DNA of 60,501 nt, counting the filler, from Hausera hauseri (taxonomy: Eukaryota): assembly GCA_046269625.1 (NCBI GenBank). It is 10 parts of 10 records of this genome, joined end to end, with 100 filler letters (N's around TTAATTAATTAA, not from the genome) between each part and the next. Parts side by side here need not be neighbours in the genome. Positions count along the whole stretch, not along the records: positions 44,489 to 48,569 come from JBJURY010773538.1; positions 48,670 to 56,056 come from JBJURY010018121.1; positions 56,157 to 60,501 come from JBJURY010625442.1; 7 more parts are not named here. One strand, written 5' to 3'. The notes under the pieces were generated by a model that had not been told where the DNA came from, did no database searches, and was given only the letters and a program-made list of their open reading frames with translations. Numbering within the stretch: the stretch's first letter is position 1; every line of letters starts with the position of its first letter. Made by a program: the position numbers and the translations under genes. This document shows, piece after piece, positions 47,437 through 60,450 of the stretch.

Positions 47437-48569
47437 TTATACAATGATGGTTCCGTTTTTCGTTATTTCAACCCCGGCATCAAATACACCGTAAATGTAC
47501 ATCATGCTAGATTGCTCCAACGCTTTAGCAAAGTGAACATCCAGTCGTAGGTTTCACTGCTTAGGTAATTGTGTCTCTTCAACGTCATAATCCGGAGCCA
47601 GGAGAAATGTGAAGAATGGGTAGGTGGACTTGAACAAATCCATCGATATGCCATTGTTGTCATTTATTTTGAGCAAACATATGTTGCGCACGATAGATTG
47701 CATACATGTGCAAACATAATCATTAGATGCAAAGTCCCGTTTGTACGTCTCGGCGAAATCTGCATTCCGACCCAAACTGATGTAATTCACATTGCTATGG
47801 GTAAACGTTTCCGAATTGGTCGTATAACTGCCCCTTTGTTGAACAGTCGTTTGAAATGTAACGAGAACAAATTTCGGCAATCACATGTCGCCAAACAGTG
47901 CGTCCTTGTAAAACGTTGTCGAACCTTTGGGTATGGCGAAAAAGACGAGTTCTCTGAATTGTATCGGGTAACAGACATTTTGTGTTTCCAAGCCCAATCG
48001 ATGTCCTATGAGCACAGATGGTTCTACCTTTACTCGACGTACGTATAATCGTGCCTCGGTAATTTTCAGTATGGGTTTAAGCTATGGAACGGCGGTTTTC
48101 AAACAAGAGACACTGTCGCTGCGTTTGAGCCGAATCATGGTTTTACCCCGGGCAGTAGGTATTTCGGCTGATCGAAAAAGTCAAAATACAGCGGTACACA
48201 TATGGTAAGTTCTTTTGATTCTGCCACCCATGCCTAACGGTTTGCCGCTGTGGCATCGTATCCGATGGTTTTCGTCAAATGAGTCGTTTTCATGTCTGCT
48301 CTGTAATTCAGGGCTGTTTTAATGGGTGCTTTGCTACTGTATAGACTTGTGTTGTCTTCTATCTTGACGCTGTTCAGAGTTAGTGAAGCCTTCCGGAACA
48401 GTATGAGGAAAAGGTAATTGGCCGGTGTGGCAGTGTCTGCAGTAAAATCCGTTGACGAATCCTTTTTCACAATGACTTTTACATAGAGTAGGGTATCGTT
48501 CAAATCCAGATATTCATTGTCCGATGCCATAATGTTGAATTGAATGTCAATGTTATCGTCCGTTGAAAC
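47437..48569 (-). pseudogene. Polinton/Maverick (adintovirus-like) double jelly-roll major capsid protein, degenerate
   Basis: EYLDLNDTLLYVK, PANYLF..LF....L.LN, YSSKA.IKT.LNY, PKFVLVTF, F.H.NV, F.L.PD, LRLDVHFAKAL. Confidence 0.85.
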
Positions 48570-48669
48570 NNNNNNNNNNNNNNNNNNNNNNNNNNNNNNN
48601 NNNNNNNNNNNNNTTAATTAATTAANNNNNNNNNNNNNNNNNNNNNNNNNNNNNNNNNNNNNNNNNNNN

Positions 48670-50045
48670 GTTGAAACGGCCAGTAGTTTGAACGATATTG
48701 CCTGTACCAGAATGTGCCGTGGCATCTGGTGGCATTATTGGTTTTTGAGACTTGTTGGTAGAAAGAGGAAGAATAGTGAGTGCGCGGAGGCGACAAAAAT
48801 GGAGAACTAGAATTCCTTTTATAATATTTACATCCTGGCACGCATGACTTAGCCTTGGACTGGTACTTTGCGTGATAGATGCCGATTGGATTGTCTACGG
48901 CATATCGTACATCGTAGAATCGACAGCCTAAAACACATTTCCTTGCATTTTTGAGGAATTTGTTGTGAAAAAAAACACGTCATTTTACCATCTCTAGATT
49001 TAGAATGGGAAGAGTGCCTAAAAAAACTGCGATTGCGAGAAGTACGATTTTCGCTTCCTCGGGGCACAGATAAGTCGCTGAGTTGGACTGTGATTGCAGA
49101 AATTGCTTGTTGTAGGGTATCGAATTGTTTCTGCATCATGTTTAATTGTTGTGCAAATAAAGTGTTGTTTGGCAGTGTGTGAGCAGTTGCTGCGGCTACA
49201 GGCTGCGAGTTATTGGACTGCAGAATATCAAAATTTTTGTCTGCCAATAAGGCGAGCTTTTCGAGGGCAGTAGAGTCATCTACTACAGTAAGCAAAGCTC
49301 GAATGGAGGTTGGCAAAGACGAAAGAAAATATCGACGAAAAAGATCGGCATTATTTATAGGAGTCACGCCTAAAGAGTTCAGTTGTGAGATTGCCGTTTT
49401 TAGGAAATCCGATGGTTTTTGATTTCCAATGGCGTGTTCGTTAAAATACTTCTGGATTATGCTGTCGATAGGAGGGTCGGTGATATGTAGAACCGATTCG
49501 TACAGCATATCATACGGGCTTGAAGAGGAGAGTATGTCAGCCAGATTACTTATCTGCAGTTTGATGTTGGCTGGGAGTAATGGCAGAAAACTGTTAGCCC
49601 GCAGAAAGGGATCTGTAATATGATTGGCTTTAAGCCATTGCAAATGGAACTGCAGCCAGGTAAGACTAGAGTTCGTCTTGTCTAGAAAGAAATCCGTGCA
49701 GGGGAGATTTGGAGAAATTGTTGGTGTGGTGTCGACAAGACGACGACCAGATCTAGTTTTTGTTAAGTGTTCGGTAGAAGGATCAAGGTCTGATCCACCA
49801 CGAATGCGAAAATTTACAGTAAGAGTGATGGAATATTTCTCGGGTGCAAAGAATGAAAGAGAGTCGTAAGGTTGCAGAGTTAGACCGTTGTACATAAGGT
49901 AAAAATCAGAAGAGCCAAAATAAGAGGACAATTCAGTATAAAGAATATGAGCTGTTTGTTTGTGCGTAACCCTTAATGTGTGGACATGTTTGTTACTAAA
50001 AAAGATAAGAAAAGAGAGGGGACATGGCGCAACTGGGGCGGCACG
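48670..50045 (-). mobile_element. Ty3/Gypsy family copy, 5' fragment with the clearest Ubl-Gag ORF
   Basis: ..SNKHVHTLRVT..DFYLMYNGLTLQPYDSL..SITLTVNFRIRGG|SDL (GG 49794-49799) in frame with Gag to 48849; tandem CHCC motifs after a frameshift. Confidence 0.92.
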
Positions 50046-50222
50046 ATCGGTCCCTCAACCAAATCATTTATGAATGATGGAATACGGATAAGTAAGTTAC
50101 CTCTTGATGAGGGTAAACAATTCTACGAACCATCGACATTTTCGTTCCTTGTAGAATCGGGAGGTAATTCGACCATCTCCGGACCGACGATTCAAAGTTC
50201 CAGATTAAGAGGCCAGAGTGAT

Positions 50223-51938
50223 TCAGCCTGTTTCATTTCTCCTAATATTTTTCTTGAAAGAATCTTGACTTTCGAAGTCCGATTTAATAATGTTCATGTA
50301 TGAACCCATCGATGCTACAGTGACTAGTGTAACCATTGTTGGATGTTTAATGTAAATGGACTTGTTGTCAGTCATAATGAGTTGATAGTTTAATTGATTG
50401 TAATTTGAGATGTTGGGAGTCTTAATGGAACGATAATATAGAAAGAGATTTGTTGGGCAATTTAACATTGTGAGACAATTAGAGAGGTCACAATTATGAA
50501 AAAAGGACGTTGGATGTGGAGTAATATTAGTATTCACATTAGCTGTCAAGATCATATTTTCTGAATTGTAATGTAGCTTTATCTACTGCCCAATTTTCCG
50601 AATTATAATTTAAATCAATTAAAGAAGCGAGGAACTGATTAATCGGTATTACCATAGGAGTTAGTAGTTCTACAGGAGTTAGTAGTTCTACCTGGAGAAA
50701 TGTTACCTTTCGTAAATAAATATTATATGGAAATTTTTGTTTAAATTCTAAACTGACGTCAATCAATTGAATAAAATCATCAAGGAATAATTCATCAGTC
50801 TTGAACATGTTTTCTGACGTATATTGCTGGACATTTGTCGAAATATTTTCGTATTGTTTTTGCTAGATAGTTGTGCAGATCATATAAAAAATATATAGAT
50901 GTGAGGTACAAAAGAAATCGTCACATTTTTTACATCTATTATGTATATATTGAAGTACTTTATTGTTTTCGTTGGTAATTATTTTTGTGCAGTAAGACTG
51001 AATGTCACCTGATGGTGTCCGAGATTTTAGGTGGATAAATTTTTGTGCAAATTGAGTCCGAAGATTAGGTGGGTTTATAATAAATATATCCGGAATTGCA
51101 TCGGTAATGAATAATTTGATTGCAACAGGATATAAGCGACAGAAAACATCTACATCCTCATTTGTCACACAGTTCTATTCAATGTTATGTGAGGTTCGAT
51201 GATTATACTATTTTTATCCAATACCGTAAAGTTGTAATTATGATGGAATGCAACACCCTGTATATTTAATCTGCAGACTGATGGATATTTCACGCAAGTC
51301 ACCGTTTCATTGACTTTCTTTAGATATACTATACTATTTATAATGTGCAGATCAATTACATTACAAATCAGTACATTACAAGTTATTGTAGAATTCGTTT
51401 CAGCAAGATACGTCGTATGCTTTGGTTGTCTAATAAACTTTAGACAGACATCATTGTTTTTAAATATTGGGTTTGTGTATTGCAAATGGATGATCAAAGT
51501 ACCTTCAGTATAAAATTTACAAGTTGTTAGATTGAAGGTAGTACCGCGAACATTAACTTTTGTGCTTTTTGACTTTAAGAAAATTTTGTTTATCGTATAT
51601 ACATGAGTAAAACGGCAAATATACTCAGTCATATAAGTCGAGAAAGTAGGATAAGTATATAGATCTACCGTTTTGATATCGATTATAAGGAAAATTTTCT
51701 CTGTGCTTATCATTTTGTAGGGTATGATTCGTGAAAATATAAAATTGATGTAACATATCGATGACCATGTACTCTGAATGAAAGTGTTTAACATATATGT
51801 TAATTTTGAATTGCCCTTTATTATAATTTCACCATCAATGTATAGTGCTAAGAATGGATTTAGTACCTGCTTTTCTTTTAAAGTTAGAGGATAAGATGTC
51901 CATAATTGACAAATACTGCGCCGACTGTTCCATGTCAA
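50223..51938 (-). pseudogene. Cluster of closely packed unknown ORFs (257, 101, 89, 110 aa)
   Basis: Co-oriented, touching or overlapping, intronless; beta-rich composition; RCKKCDDFFCTSH Cys motif. Confidence 0.3.
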
Positions 51939-52319
51939 ATTAGCGGGTTTGGATTCAATTTCTGATGCCGTGTTTTTGTCGGCATAAGTGAAAGTATTGT
52001 TTCTTTTAACCCATGTTGCACCCTTTGTCGGTATTAAAAAATGTCACCATTGTTCATATCGTTTTTATCAATGTTAGGCCTCTGAGAAACAGAACCAATA
52101 TTTGGTTGGATTCCAGGAATTCGAAATGGATTGGGTCTCGACCGAGAAATAGTTTGCGTACCATGTGACATTTCATCGTTAGATTGTGTGTTGTTCCCAT
52201 AGAAGGACTTGGTTTAATATTTGTAATGGGATGCTTCGTGGATGATTTACCTTTTGACGATGACACATTACTTAAGTCATCATTTCCAACGGGAGAATAA
52301 TTAGTTTTAATTTCTGATG

Positions 52320-53320
52320 TCATATCCTTGGTCTCACCATTAACTTTAGCGCTTGTTCCAGATTCGACAGCACTTCCTGACCTAGTAACGCCTTTAGAGT
52401 CACTCGATGCATTTGTTGTAATGCTCTTTTGTTGTTCCTTTTGGCTTTGAGAGCTGATGACATTTTTAAAGCACTAACACTGTCTAATTTAGAGCTGTTT
52501 TCTAATGCATTATTGACTTTATAATCCAATAACAAATAGGTCGCAGTTACATTATTAAATTTAGCATTATACAGAAAATCGAATACTTCGTCTTTTGTAA
52601 ATCCTAAAGACTTCATCACCGCTAGTTTAACAGGGTCATCATAATTTTTCGTCAGTTCTTTGTAAGGAAGTAAATTATCGTCGTATCCAATATTAATCCA
52701 TTTATCCTTCATGACATAAGGAGGTGTGTATAGTTTCTGTGGATTGACAACAAGCATCATCTTTAACAACATCTCACAGTCAGTAGTCATGTAAAATGGT
52801 ATACGATATTTGCCTCTTAAAAGTCTTTCTCGTAATTCTAGCATATTGTTCATCGAACGGCAATGAACCGCTGAATAACGAATATAATATAACTTCCAAT
52901 GACCAAACGACAACTTCTGGACCTTCATACTTTCGACCTTGAAATAACTCTGGTGCTGCGTACGGAGGGATGCCACAAAATTTGTATAATTGTTTTTTGG
53001 CATCGAACATATTTGCAAAACCAAAGTCGGCGATTTTTATTCGATTGTCACTACCTAGCAATAAATTCTTGGCTTTTAAATCTCGATGAACAATGTTCTT
53101 CTGATGACAATATTGAATTGCAGAAATAATTTCACGAAAACTTGTTCGCATTTCTTTTCCATTAACTGGATAATCAAAAACTTTGCCTTTCGGTGCATAT
53201 TCCATTAACAAATAGACAGCGTTCGGATTCGATAACCTTGAACAACATAACGATATTCGGATGGTCCAAAGTTTTCATAAGTTTCACTTCAAGAAAAAGC
53301 TTTTGTAAATTCTGACACCA
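52320..53320 (-). pseudogene. MARK: MARK/PAR-1 Ser/Thr kinase, intronless, frameshifted (kinase + UBA domain)
   Basis: [74 protein letters not shown] ..ATYLLL. Confidence 0.92.
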
Positions 53321-54249
53321 ATTTAGTTCCATCAAGTAGACTACGAATGAATACTGAAGAGAGTAAAATCCAAAACCTTGATAACTAATTGTGATTTATT
53401 TTGAAAATTCAAATTCTATAACACGATCAATTTCTTAATATAACAAATTCTATTTGTAGCCATTCCAACATTGTTCTGACAACAAATCCCATTAATTATT
53501 CATGTCACCATCACGAAATTTGGCGTTTTCCTGGATTGTCTCATTTACAAAATACATGTTAAAATTTCTCTGATATCTGTGTTCAAATTACTGGAATTTA
53601 TCCAAATGGTATCGACAATTTTATTTCAAAAACTTTGGATCTATTTTCATTAACAATGAGAAATTAGCGTTCCATGTCTATATCACTAATCTTTCACACT
53701 TCCAAATTATTTAACATAAAACTTAACACAATTTACATATAATAAAATATATTCCAGTTATACAACAAAACCAAAAAAATTCTTCAAAAATCACAAAACA
53801 TGATTGAATTTTGTCGAAACAAAAAGACATTTAGTTTTCTCGCCATGAAATATCATCCGGCATGTTCGTATAAAAATTGGATGTAGTCCATGAAACAAAC
53901 ATTTTCAGAGAAACCGAGCCCTGGCATCAAATTGGAAAATGAGTAGTCTTCGTTAAAAATGTGATTACTCTGCAACGACAAATAAAAATTTATCCGTAAA
54001 AATTCAGCACGTTGGAAAGAGATGACGTTAACATTTCAATTGCCGGATATTAATGAAGATGAAGTAACTGTTGTATCTTTTTCATGGAGTACGATTCACC
54101 CCGAATTGGGAGACGAATAAGAGTGATTTAGTGATCGACAACTGGTACATTCCGTTGATTGAATTGTGTCCGCAATATTTGAGATTAATGATTTGCAAAT
54201 CCGGTGACGAATTGTGTCCGCAATATTTGAGATTGACGATATGCAGATC

Positions 54250-55620
54250 CGCGGCACCACAGCTGGAAGCAGCATGCAACGCATGCAATTTAACAAGACG
54301 TGTGCGGCCACTCCTACCGGTGATCTTTTATAATTTCCTAGGTTATGATTGTCACCATATACTGAAATGGACCATCAACGGATTTCCACAGTGGGAACTG
54401 TCTATAATCCCAACAACAATGGAGAAGTACCTGTCCGTGTCGCCACGCATAAACCGGTTCCAGGTACGCTTCTTTGATTCATTGCAATTTCTCAATGAAT
54501 CATTGTCGAAACTGGTAAATGCCTTGCCGGATGTGTCGATAACCTAAACACAGTTCCCCACACATATTGCACACAGCAAAGGCATATTTCCATATGACTT
54601 TGCAACATCATATGAGCGATTGCTGACAGCAGAGGAATTATTGTCGCGACGGACAGGCATCACAGAAGATGAATATCAAAGAGCACAAGAATCTTGGACA
54701 GAACTAGGCTGTAGAAACATGTAGGATTACATGCTCCAGTATCTCAAACTGGATATATACTTATTATCCGGTGTGTTCCGGGCGTTTTGAGCGAAAGCAT
54801 TGGCAGAAGATAGGCTGGCGCCACTTAACTTTTACTCAATACCCGGAATGAATTGGGCGTCAGCTCTAATGTCACTGGATCGGAATATTGAGCTATTAAA
54901 AGACCCGGAAATGTACCGAATGTTTGATGTTGGTAGCGGCATGACATTTTTCAACATGCATCAGGTCCGTGCTACCAATACCACATCACTGCTGTATATT
55001 GATATTAATAACCTCTACAGCTGGGCACTTTTGCAACCCTTGCCGTACGCTTCATTCGAACGGGTTGTCGACAGACAAGATCTGGACGACATAATGGTCA
55101 ACCTACCACAAGCAAACATGACAGGCTCAGTCGGATACCTGATGAAGGTCAATCTCGTTGTACCAGTTGAGCTGCATGACGCTTTGGACGATTTACCGGT
55201 AGCACCATTTAACCATTGTCCACCAGACTCAAAAGTGAAGAAACTGCTCATGACGCATGAACCGAAGCTGAATTACGTAATCCATTGGCGTCTGCTACAT
55301 TTCTACATGCAGCTCGGTGTTCGCGTTGCTCATCTGCATCGTGCAATCCGATTTGCTCAACCTCCCATATTCAAGGCGTACATAGATGTAAATTGGGAAA
55401 AACGAGCCGCAGCTTGTATAAGGTTCAAGAAGGACTATTACAAGCTGAAAAATAATTTCCTGTACGTAAAAACAATGGAGAATCTGAAAAAGTGGCTCAA
55501 TGTACGCCTGTGAAATAGCGAAAAGCGGTTGGTCACGTACACGAGTAAGGCGCAGTTTCGACGGTCAATGCATATTGCCAATGGATTGGTTGCGATGCTG
55601 TTAAACAGGGAAGAAGTCCA
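54250..55620 (+). pseudogene. Polinton/Maverick protein-primed DNA polymerase B, degenerate
   Basis: AACNACNL, PVIFYNFLGYDCH, EKYLS, RFFDSLQFL..SL..LV, KGIFPYD, YIDINNLY, YKLKNN.LY.KTMEN. Confidence 0.9.
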
Positions 55621-56156
55621 ACTATCCACCGGATCATCCGTTGTACAGCAGCGCGATCACTAACAAAATCGACTGCTTCAAGGATATTCCTACGCCCAAA
55701 GTGCTACAGTCTTTTAATGGACTGTGGACCGAAAATGCGGGCAAAAAAAGTCCAGCTATTGCAGACGGTGATTATCAACGTATATATAAAGAAGCAGCAG
55801 CAGAAGGAGGATAATCATTGACTGTTGAGTCTCAAACGATCATCCGATCGATTGAGCACCAGTTTATAAAATAACTAGTGCGAAAGTCGCTTTGTCATGC
55901 AACGATAATAAGCGAAAGTGGATGGGCCAAAATAAGAGTTTGGCTTATGGACATTGGAGGTTGAAATAAAACACGTTTGGTGGTGTCAAATCAGATACAT
56001 GCAATTCAATCTGGTCTGGATATTGTGACAATTATTGACAATGATTATCTTTTGTANNNNNNNNNNNNNNNNNNNNNNNNNNNNNNNNNNNNNNNNNNNN
56101 TTAATTAATTAANNNNNNNNNNNNNNNNNNNNNNNNNNNNNNNNNNNNNNNNNNNN

Positions 56157-57316
56157 ACAATTGGTAGTGGTAGTTGTGAAAATGATTACAGCAACCACGA
56201 CGCCTTGAGTGGTGCTGCAGATGAAGAGTCAGATCAGCCTGTTAACTACAGTCTGAAGTACCAGGATGGAACTAGCAGCGACAGAGGCAACAAAGTGTCA
56301 GCTGGTAGTAAAATGAACGTGTCCTATAACCACTTAACATCGGTTGGTGCTGGTTCCAATTTTAGACCTGGAGTAGAGCATGTCAGATCTGGCAGTATGA
56401 ATGAGTGTAATCGTCTGCTAAACAACTCAGATGTTCATGATAAAGTTATCACAGGAAGTAACTCATGGTTGAACTCATCCATTTTGGCCCCGCTCAGACC
56501 TGTTCCAAACCTTGTGCGTAACCACTTCCACACTCCTCAAACTTACCAGTCTGCAGGGATCGTCAGTCATCCTCAATTCATAACGCCTCACGGACCATAT
56601 ACTAACACCCACTTTCATCCAAGAGGTTATATCCATTCACCACGCCCTGTTCAGAGTTCAAACCTGTGTCTTCCATCTAGTCTTGTTGTCACTAATTCAA
56701 GATATGTACAACAAAGAAAGCTGTATAGCAACAGTACCAACAAATTCTGTACTGCCCAAGCTGCACACCAGAACTCCAGACATATCCATCCTATTCAGCA
56801 GTCAAGCACGTATGTTGAAATTTGTCTTGACTCTGTTGTTGACCAGTCAACAGATTTTAGTCACAGTTACAGTGAAGTCTCTGAAGACAACTGCATCGAG
56901 GACTATCAAGATCAGCCAGTCAACTGTTCTATGCATTTCCGTGACAGAGGAGGAAGAGACAACCAAGAGATGGGGAATTACAGGGATGAAAGGCATTGTG
57001 TAGAATGTGAATATTCCGAGGCCAGGCGCACAAACGAACATCTTGATATCAGTTCTAATGATGACCAGGTTCGTACCTTCTGCACTGAGGGAACTCCATA
57101 TTTGTCTACAGCCACGTCTTTGACAGATCTGACTCAGGCGGGTAAGAACGAAAGGGAGGAGGCAGAAGTGAACCCCCGGAAGATAAGCGTTGACACTGAT
57201 AGAAGTGGAGCCAGAGGAGATGTGGTGACAGCCACGGCTAGTAGTTTGGGAAGTAAAACAACAGTCAGACACACAGGATCAACATTAGTTGATCCATGTA
57301 GGAATCAGAGTCTTTG
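56157..57316 (+). CDS. APC: Adenomatous polyposis coli (APC) central exon with beta-catenin-binding repeats
   Basis: 15-aa repeats DQPVNYSLKY, DQSTDFSHSYSE, DQPVNCSMHF; 20-aa repeat DQVRTFCTEGTPYLSTATSLTDL; GTAAGT donor at ~57316. Confidence 0.85.
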
Positions 57317-57946
57317 TAAGTACCAACGATTTTTTGTCTAAATGTGTTATGTGTCTATAATATTCATTTAATATGGGTAAATTAAAGGTGCGGGTGATCG
57401 ACAGAATCACCGAACCACCAACGAACTCGTCCCTTATCTTCCTTTCTTTGTATTTAACATGTATAAATCAAGTATCACAGCCTAATATTGACACCAAATA
57501 TTATTGTCACATCGAACGATCTGAAGACAACTCAAAATATAATTCCGATTAGTAATATGCAAATGTAAATCAAAATGCGAAACCAAAAATGTTTACAGAT
57601 GCTATCTGCATTGGTGAGCCGCAATATAAATCTTTAGGTAAGGCTGGAGGAACTTTATTGTCTTTCGGAGTAATGCTACCGGAAGATATGCGGTTACAGG
57701 ACAACGGAGTATAGTTTGTTACAGGATTGGTGGTGGATGACAACAAGTTATCTCAAGATGATCTTAAAGATTTGTTTTATTTATTGGAGATAAGTATAAT
57801 GTGGGAAAACGTGATCTTTTAGTACTTAATGGACTAGTAACGGTTGGCGAAGGTAGATTACGAGTTTGAGTTCGAATGGATGAATGAAGAACAAAATTGA
57901 TTCATATGTGTAATTTTTGTTTGTGATTTGGTGTTTCTTGAAGGTT

Positions 57947-58441
57947 TTATGGCGAACATTGTAGTTCTGCTTCATAATTATAAATATCCCGTTCGATTAA
58001 TGAGCAATCGTCAATTAGATTTCTGTTAGATTTCACACCCTCACTTAGATGATTTGAAGTTTGATGATAAAACGTTGATTGATTTTCACTGGGGAAGAAT
58101 TGAGGATACTGATAGTTTGGAATACAGATTTGGTCTGAATAACGTGACTGGGACACTTATAATAGTGGGAAAAATTGACCGTTTTGATAGTTTGTATCCG
58201 TTTTCAATGAAGGACAATTCTTGGAGTACATTGGTAACATTTGATTTTGATGGAATTCAATCTGATCATCACCAAAAACATATCTACACTTATCGTGTTG
58301 CATTTCAACCATCAGACGATCAGAACTTGTATTGTTGGCAGATAAAGAAAACATGTTAGGTCGAATCATAGGCATGTCTGAACCAAAATCATAACTGTTA
58401 TAATGATAATTACTCATATTAGAAGTTCGATAATAATTCAC
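57947..58441 (-). pseudogene. Unknown Q/N/Y-rich protein, in-frame TAA stops
   Basis: ORFs 58157-58441 and 57947-58156 share a frame separated by one TAA. Confidence 0.3.
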
Positions 58442-58830
58442 TGATGATTGTGATTAGCAAATTTCCCGATTTAACACCTTATACTATTGCTAACGAGAAG
58501 CTGGTGATACATCTGATAAATCATCTCAACAAATAATAGTAAACCCAACGTCAATAGAAAAATAACAAAATCGAAATCCGCATTATATATTTTATTATTT
58601 AAACAAAAATTTTGTTTTTTTACATAAGAACTTCCACATATAGTTCACCAATTGGGTGAATGTGGGCACCACACTGTCGATTCAATTTTAAATGCTTTAA
58701 AGCATCAAAAGCAAATTTAACGAGTGCTGCATCGCCGATGATGCTTTAAAAGAAGATGAAGAAGGTAATTTTGAAGAATCAATGAAACTTTGCGAGGACT
58801 CATTATCTTGTCTGCTGAAATTGTCTAATA

Positions 58831-59274
58831 ATGCGGAAAACATTACAAAATCTACGTAGGCAAGAGCGGACATTTTCCGATCAAAGTAATTTAAGTTTTT
58901 CAGACAGTAGCAACACGGATTCTAATGTTGACGCACAACCGGTCACAAGCGACAATGAATTATTGGCGAAGGAACGAAAGCCGAAACCCCAACAGAACCG
59001 GAAAACAAAGTTCATTAAAATTTCAGTGCGTAAGGAAAACAAAACTGGCGGACTTCAGCGGCGATATGACGAAGGATTAACAGTTGAGGCTCAAGCAGAT
59101 TTAGTTCGATTGACGATTGCAAAACGGCAACGAGAAGTTGATGCGGCTAAACGAGAAATGGAAAATAAAAGGAAAGAAGCAAAGAAGAAAACTCGGGGCG
59201 CTAGAATAACTGCCAGGGGTTTTAATAGACAAGGACTGGATTTGCCCGACCTTGCGAATATACAGTCTTTTTAA
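58831..59274 (+). CDS. Hypothetical basic, coiled-coil protein (147 aa)
   Basis: Intact ATG-initiated ORF, K/R-rich; no family recognised. Confidence 0.3.
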   Translation: MRKTLQNLRRQERTFSDQSNLSFSDSSNTDSNVDAQPVTSDNELLAKERKPKPQQNRKTKFIKISVRKENKTGGLQRRYDEGLTVEAQADLVRLTIAKRQREVDAAKREMENKRKEAKKKTRGARITARGFNRQGLDLPDLANIQSF

Positions 59275-59599
59275 TGTTTGTATAAATATTCAAAAATTCA
59301 GAGTAAAACTAAAAAAATTTTGGACATTGAACCAATCTATATGTAAAATACTTTTTTCCAGTCCAGTTTATTCATATTGATATATTGATATTTAATATAC
59401 ATTTTTTGGTCTAAAGTTGGCGAATCCAAATCCAGATGTGGCTATTTTTAAATCCCTTCAAAATTTCGGGGTGCAAAAATTCGTTGGCTATGGGGGTCGA
59501 TTCGAGCACCACAAAAGGTCGATAAACTTTTGTTTTTATTCGAAATTTATGTCACTGGCAGGTAATTCTTGTCTAAATCAACAGCTACAAAAAGCATAG

Positions 59600-60450
59600 T
59601 TATCAAACACGCATGGCCTTATTTGGTTTACTCTACACTGCTGGGTCTATTCATTGTAGACGTCAGAACGTGAAGGATTTGTGGTCAGGAGGTAGAGTAA
59701 GGATAAAAATATACAGAACAAAAATGAGTCTCCGTAGGTAAAATGCCTTCGTTTTGATGGTGTAGACAAACGTAATGAAAGACGTAAAACAAATAAACAC
59801 GCTCCAATCCTGGATGTTTTTACAATTTTTCAAAACAACTCTGTAAAGGCGTAAAGGCAGTATATACAGAGAAAACCAACAAAGTATGGAATCGAAATAT
59901 TTGCCAAAACATGATGCTCATTGATATTCGAAATATATGTAAGCCAACAACCCGAAAGACCTTATGCAATATCAAACAATGCAAATAGCACAGTAATGCG
60001 GCTGGCTCAGCCGATTTTGGGTTCTGGCCGAAATATAACTGGAGATAATTGGATTTCCAGTATCCCACTTACGGTAGAATTGTTACAAAATCAATTGACG
60101 TATGTGGGAACTATGCGTAAAAATAAAAGAGAGGTACCAAAACAGTTCGTAGAAACCAAAAGAAGGGCACTCAAAAGTTTAGAATTTGGATTTAGATGTT
60201 GTCATCAATGCATTTAGAAGACGACTCTATTGACGAGAAACAGGAGATAAGAATCATCCAAATATAATTGCATTTTACAACAAAACCAAGTCAGGAGTGG
60301 ACAAGGTTGATGAGCTATGTGGTTCATACTCCACAGCCAGATGGTCATTAGTTGTATTTTTAGAATGCTTCACACAGCTGGCATTAACAACGACCTTGTG
60401 AAAGACTGGCTGAAAATAAGATCAACAAACTGACACATTCCGCATGCAAT
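59600..60450 (+). mobile_element. piggyBac transposase relic (PGBD4-like) with deletions
   Basis: RNITGDNW.SS..L, TYVGTMRKNKREVP, YNKTKSGVDKVDELC..YST. Confidence 0.88.

Noticed and set aside
54161-54236. Short direct repeat GAATTGTGTCCGCAATATTTGAGATT
   Set aside because: Only two copies, a local duplication at the edge of the pPolB relic; not an array
46835-55620. One contiguous Polinton spanning capsid to polymerase
   Set aside because: The pieces lie on different contigs separated by a linker and unrelated sequence
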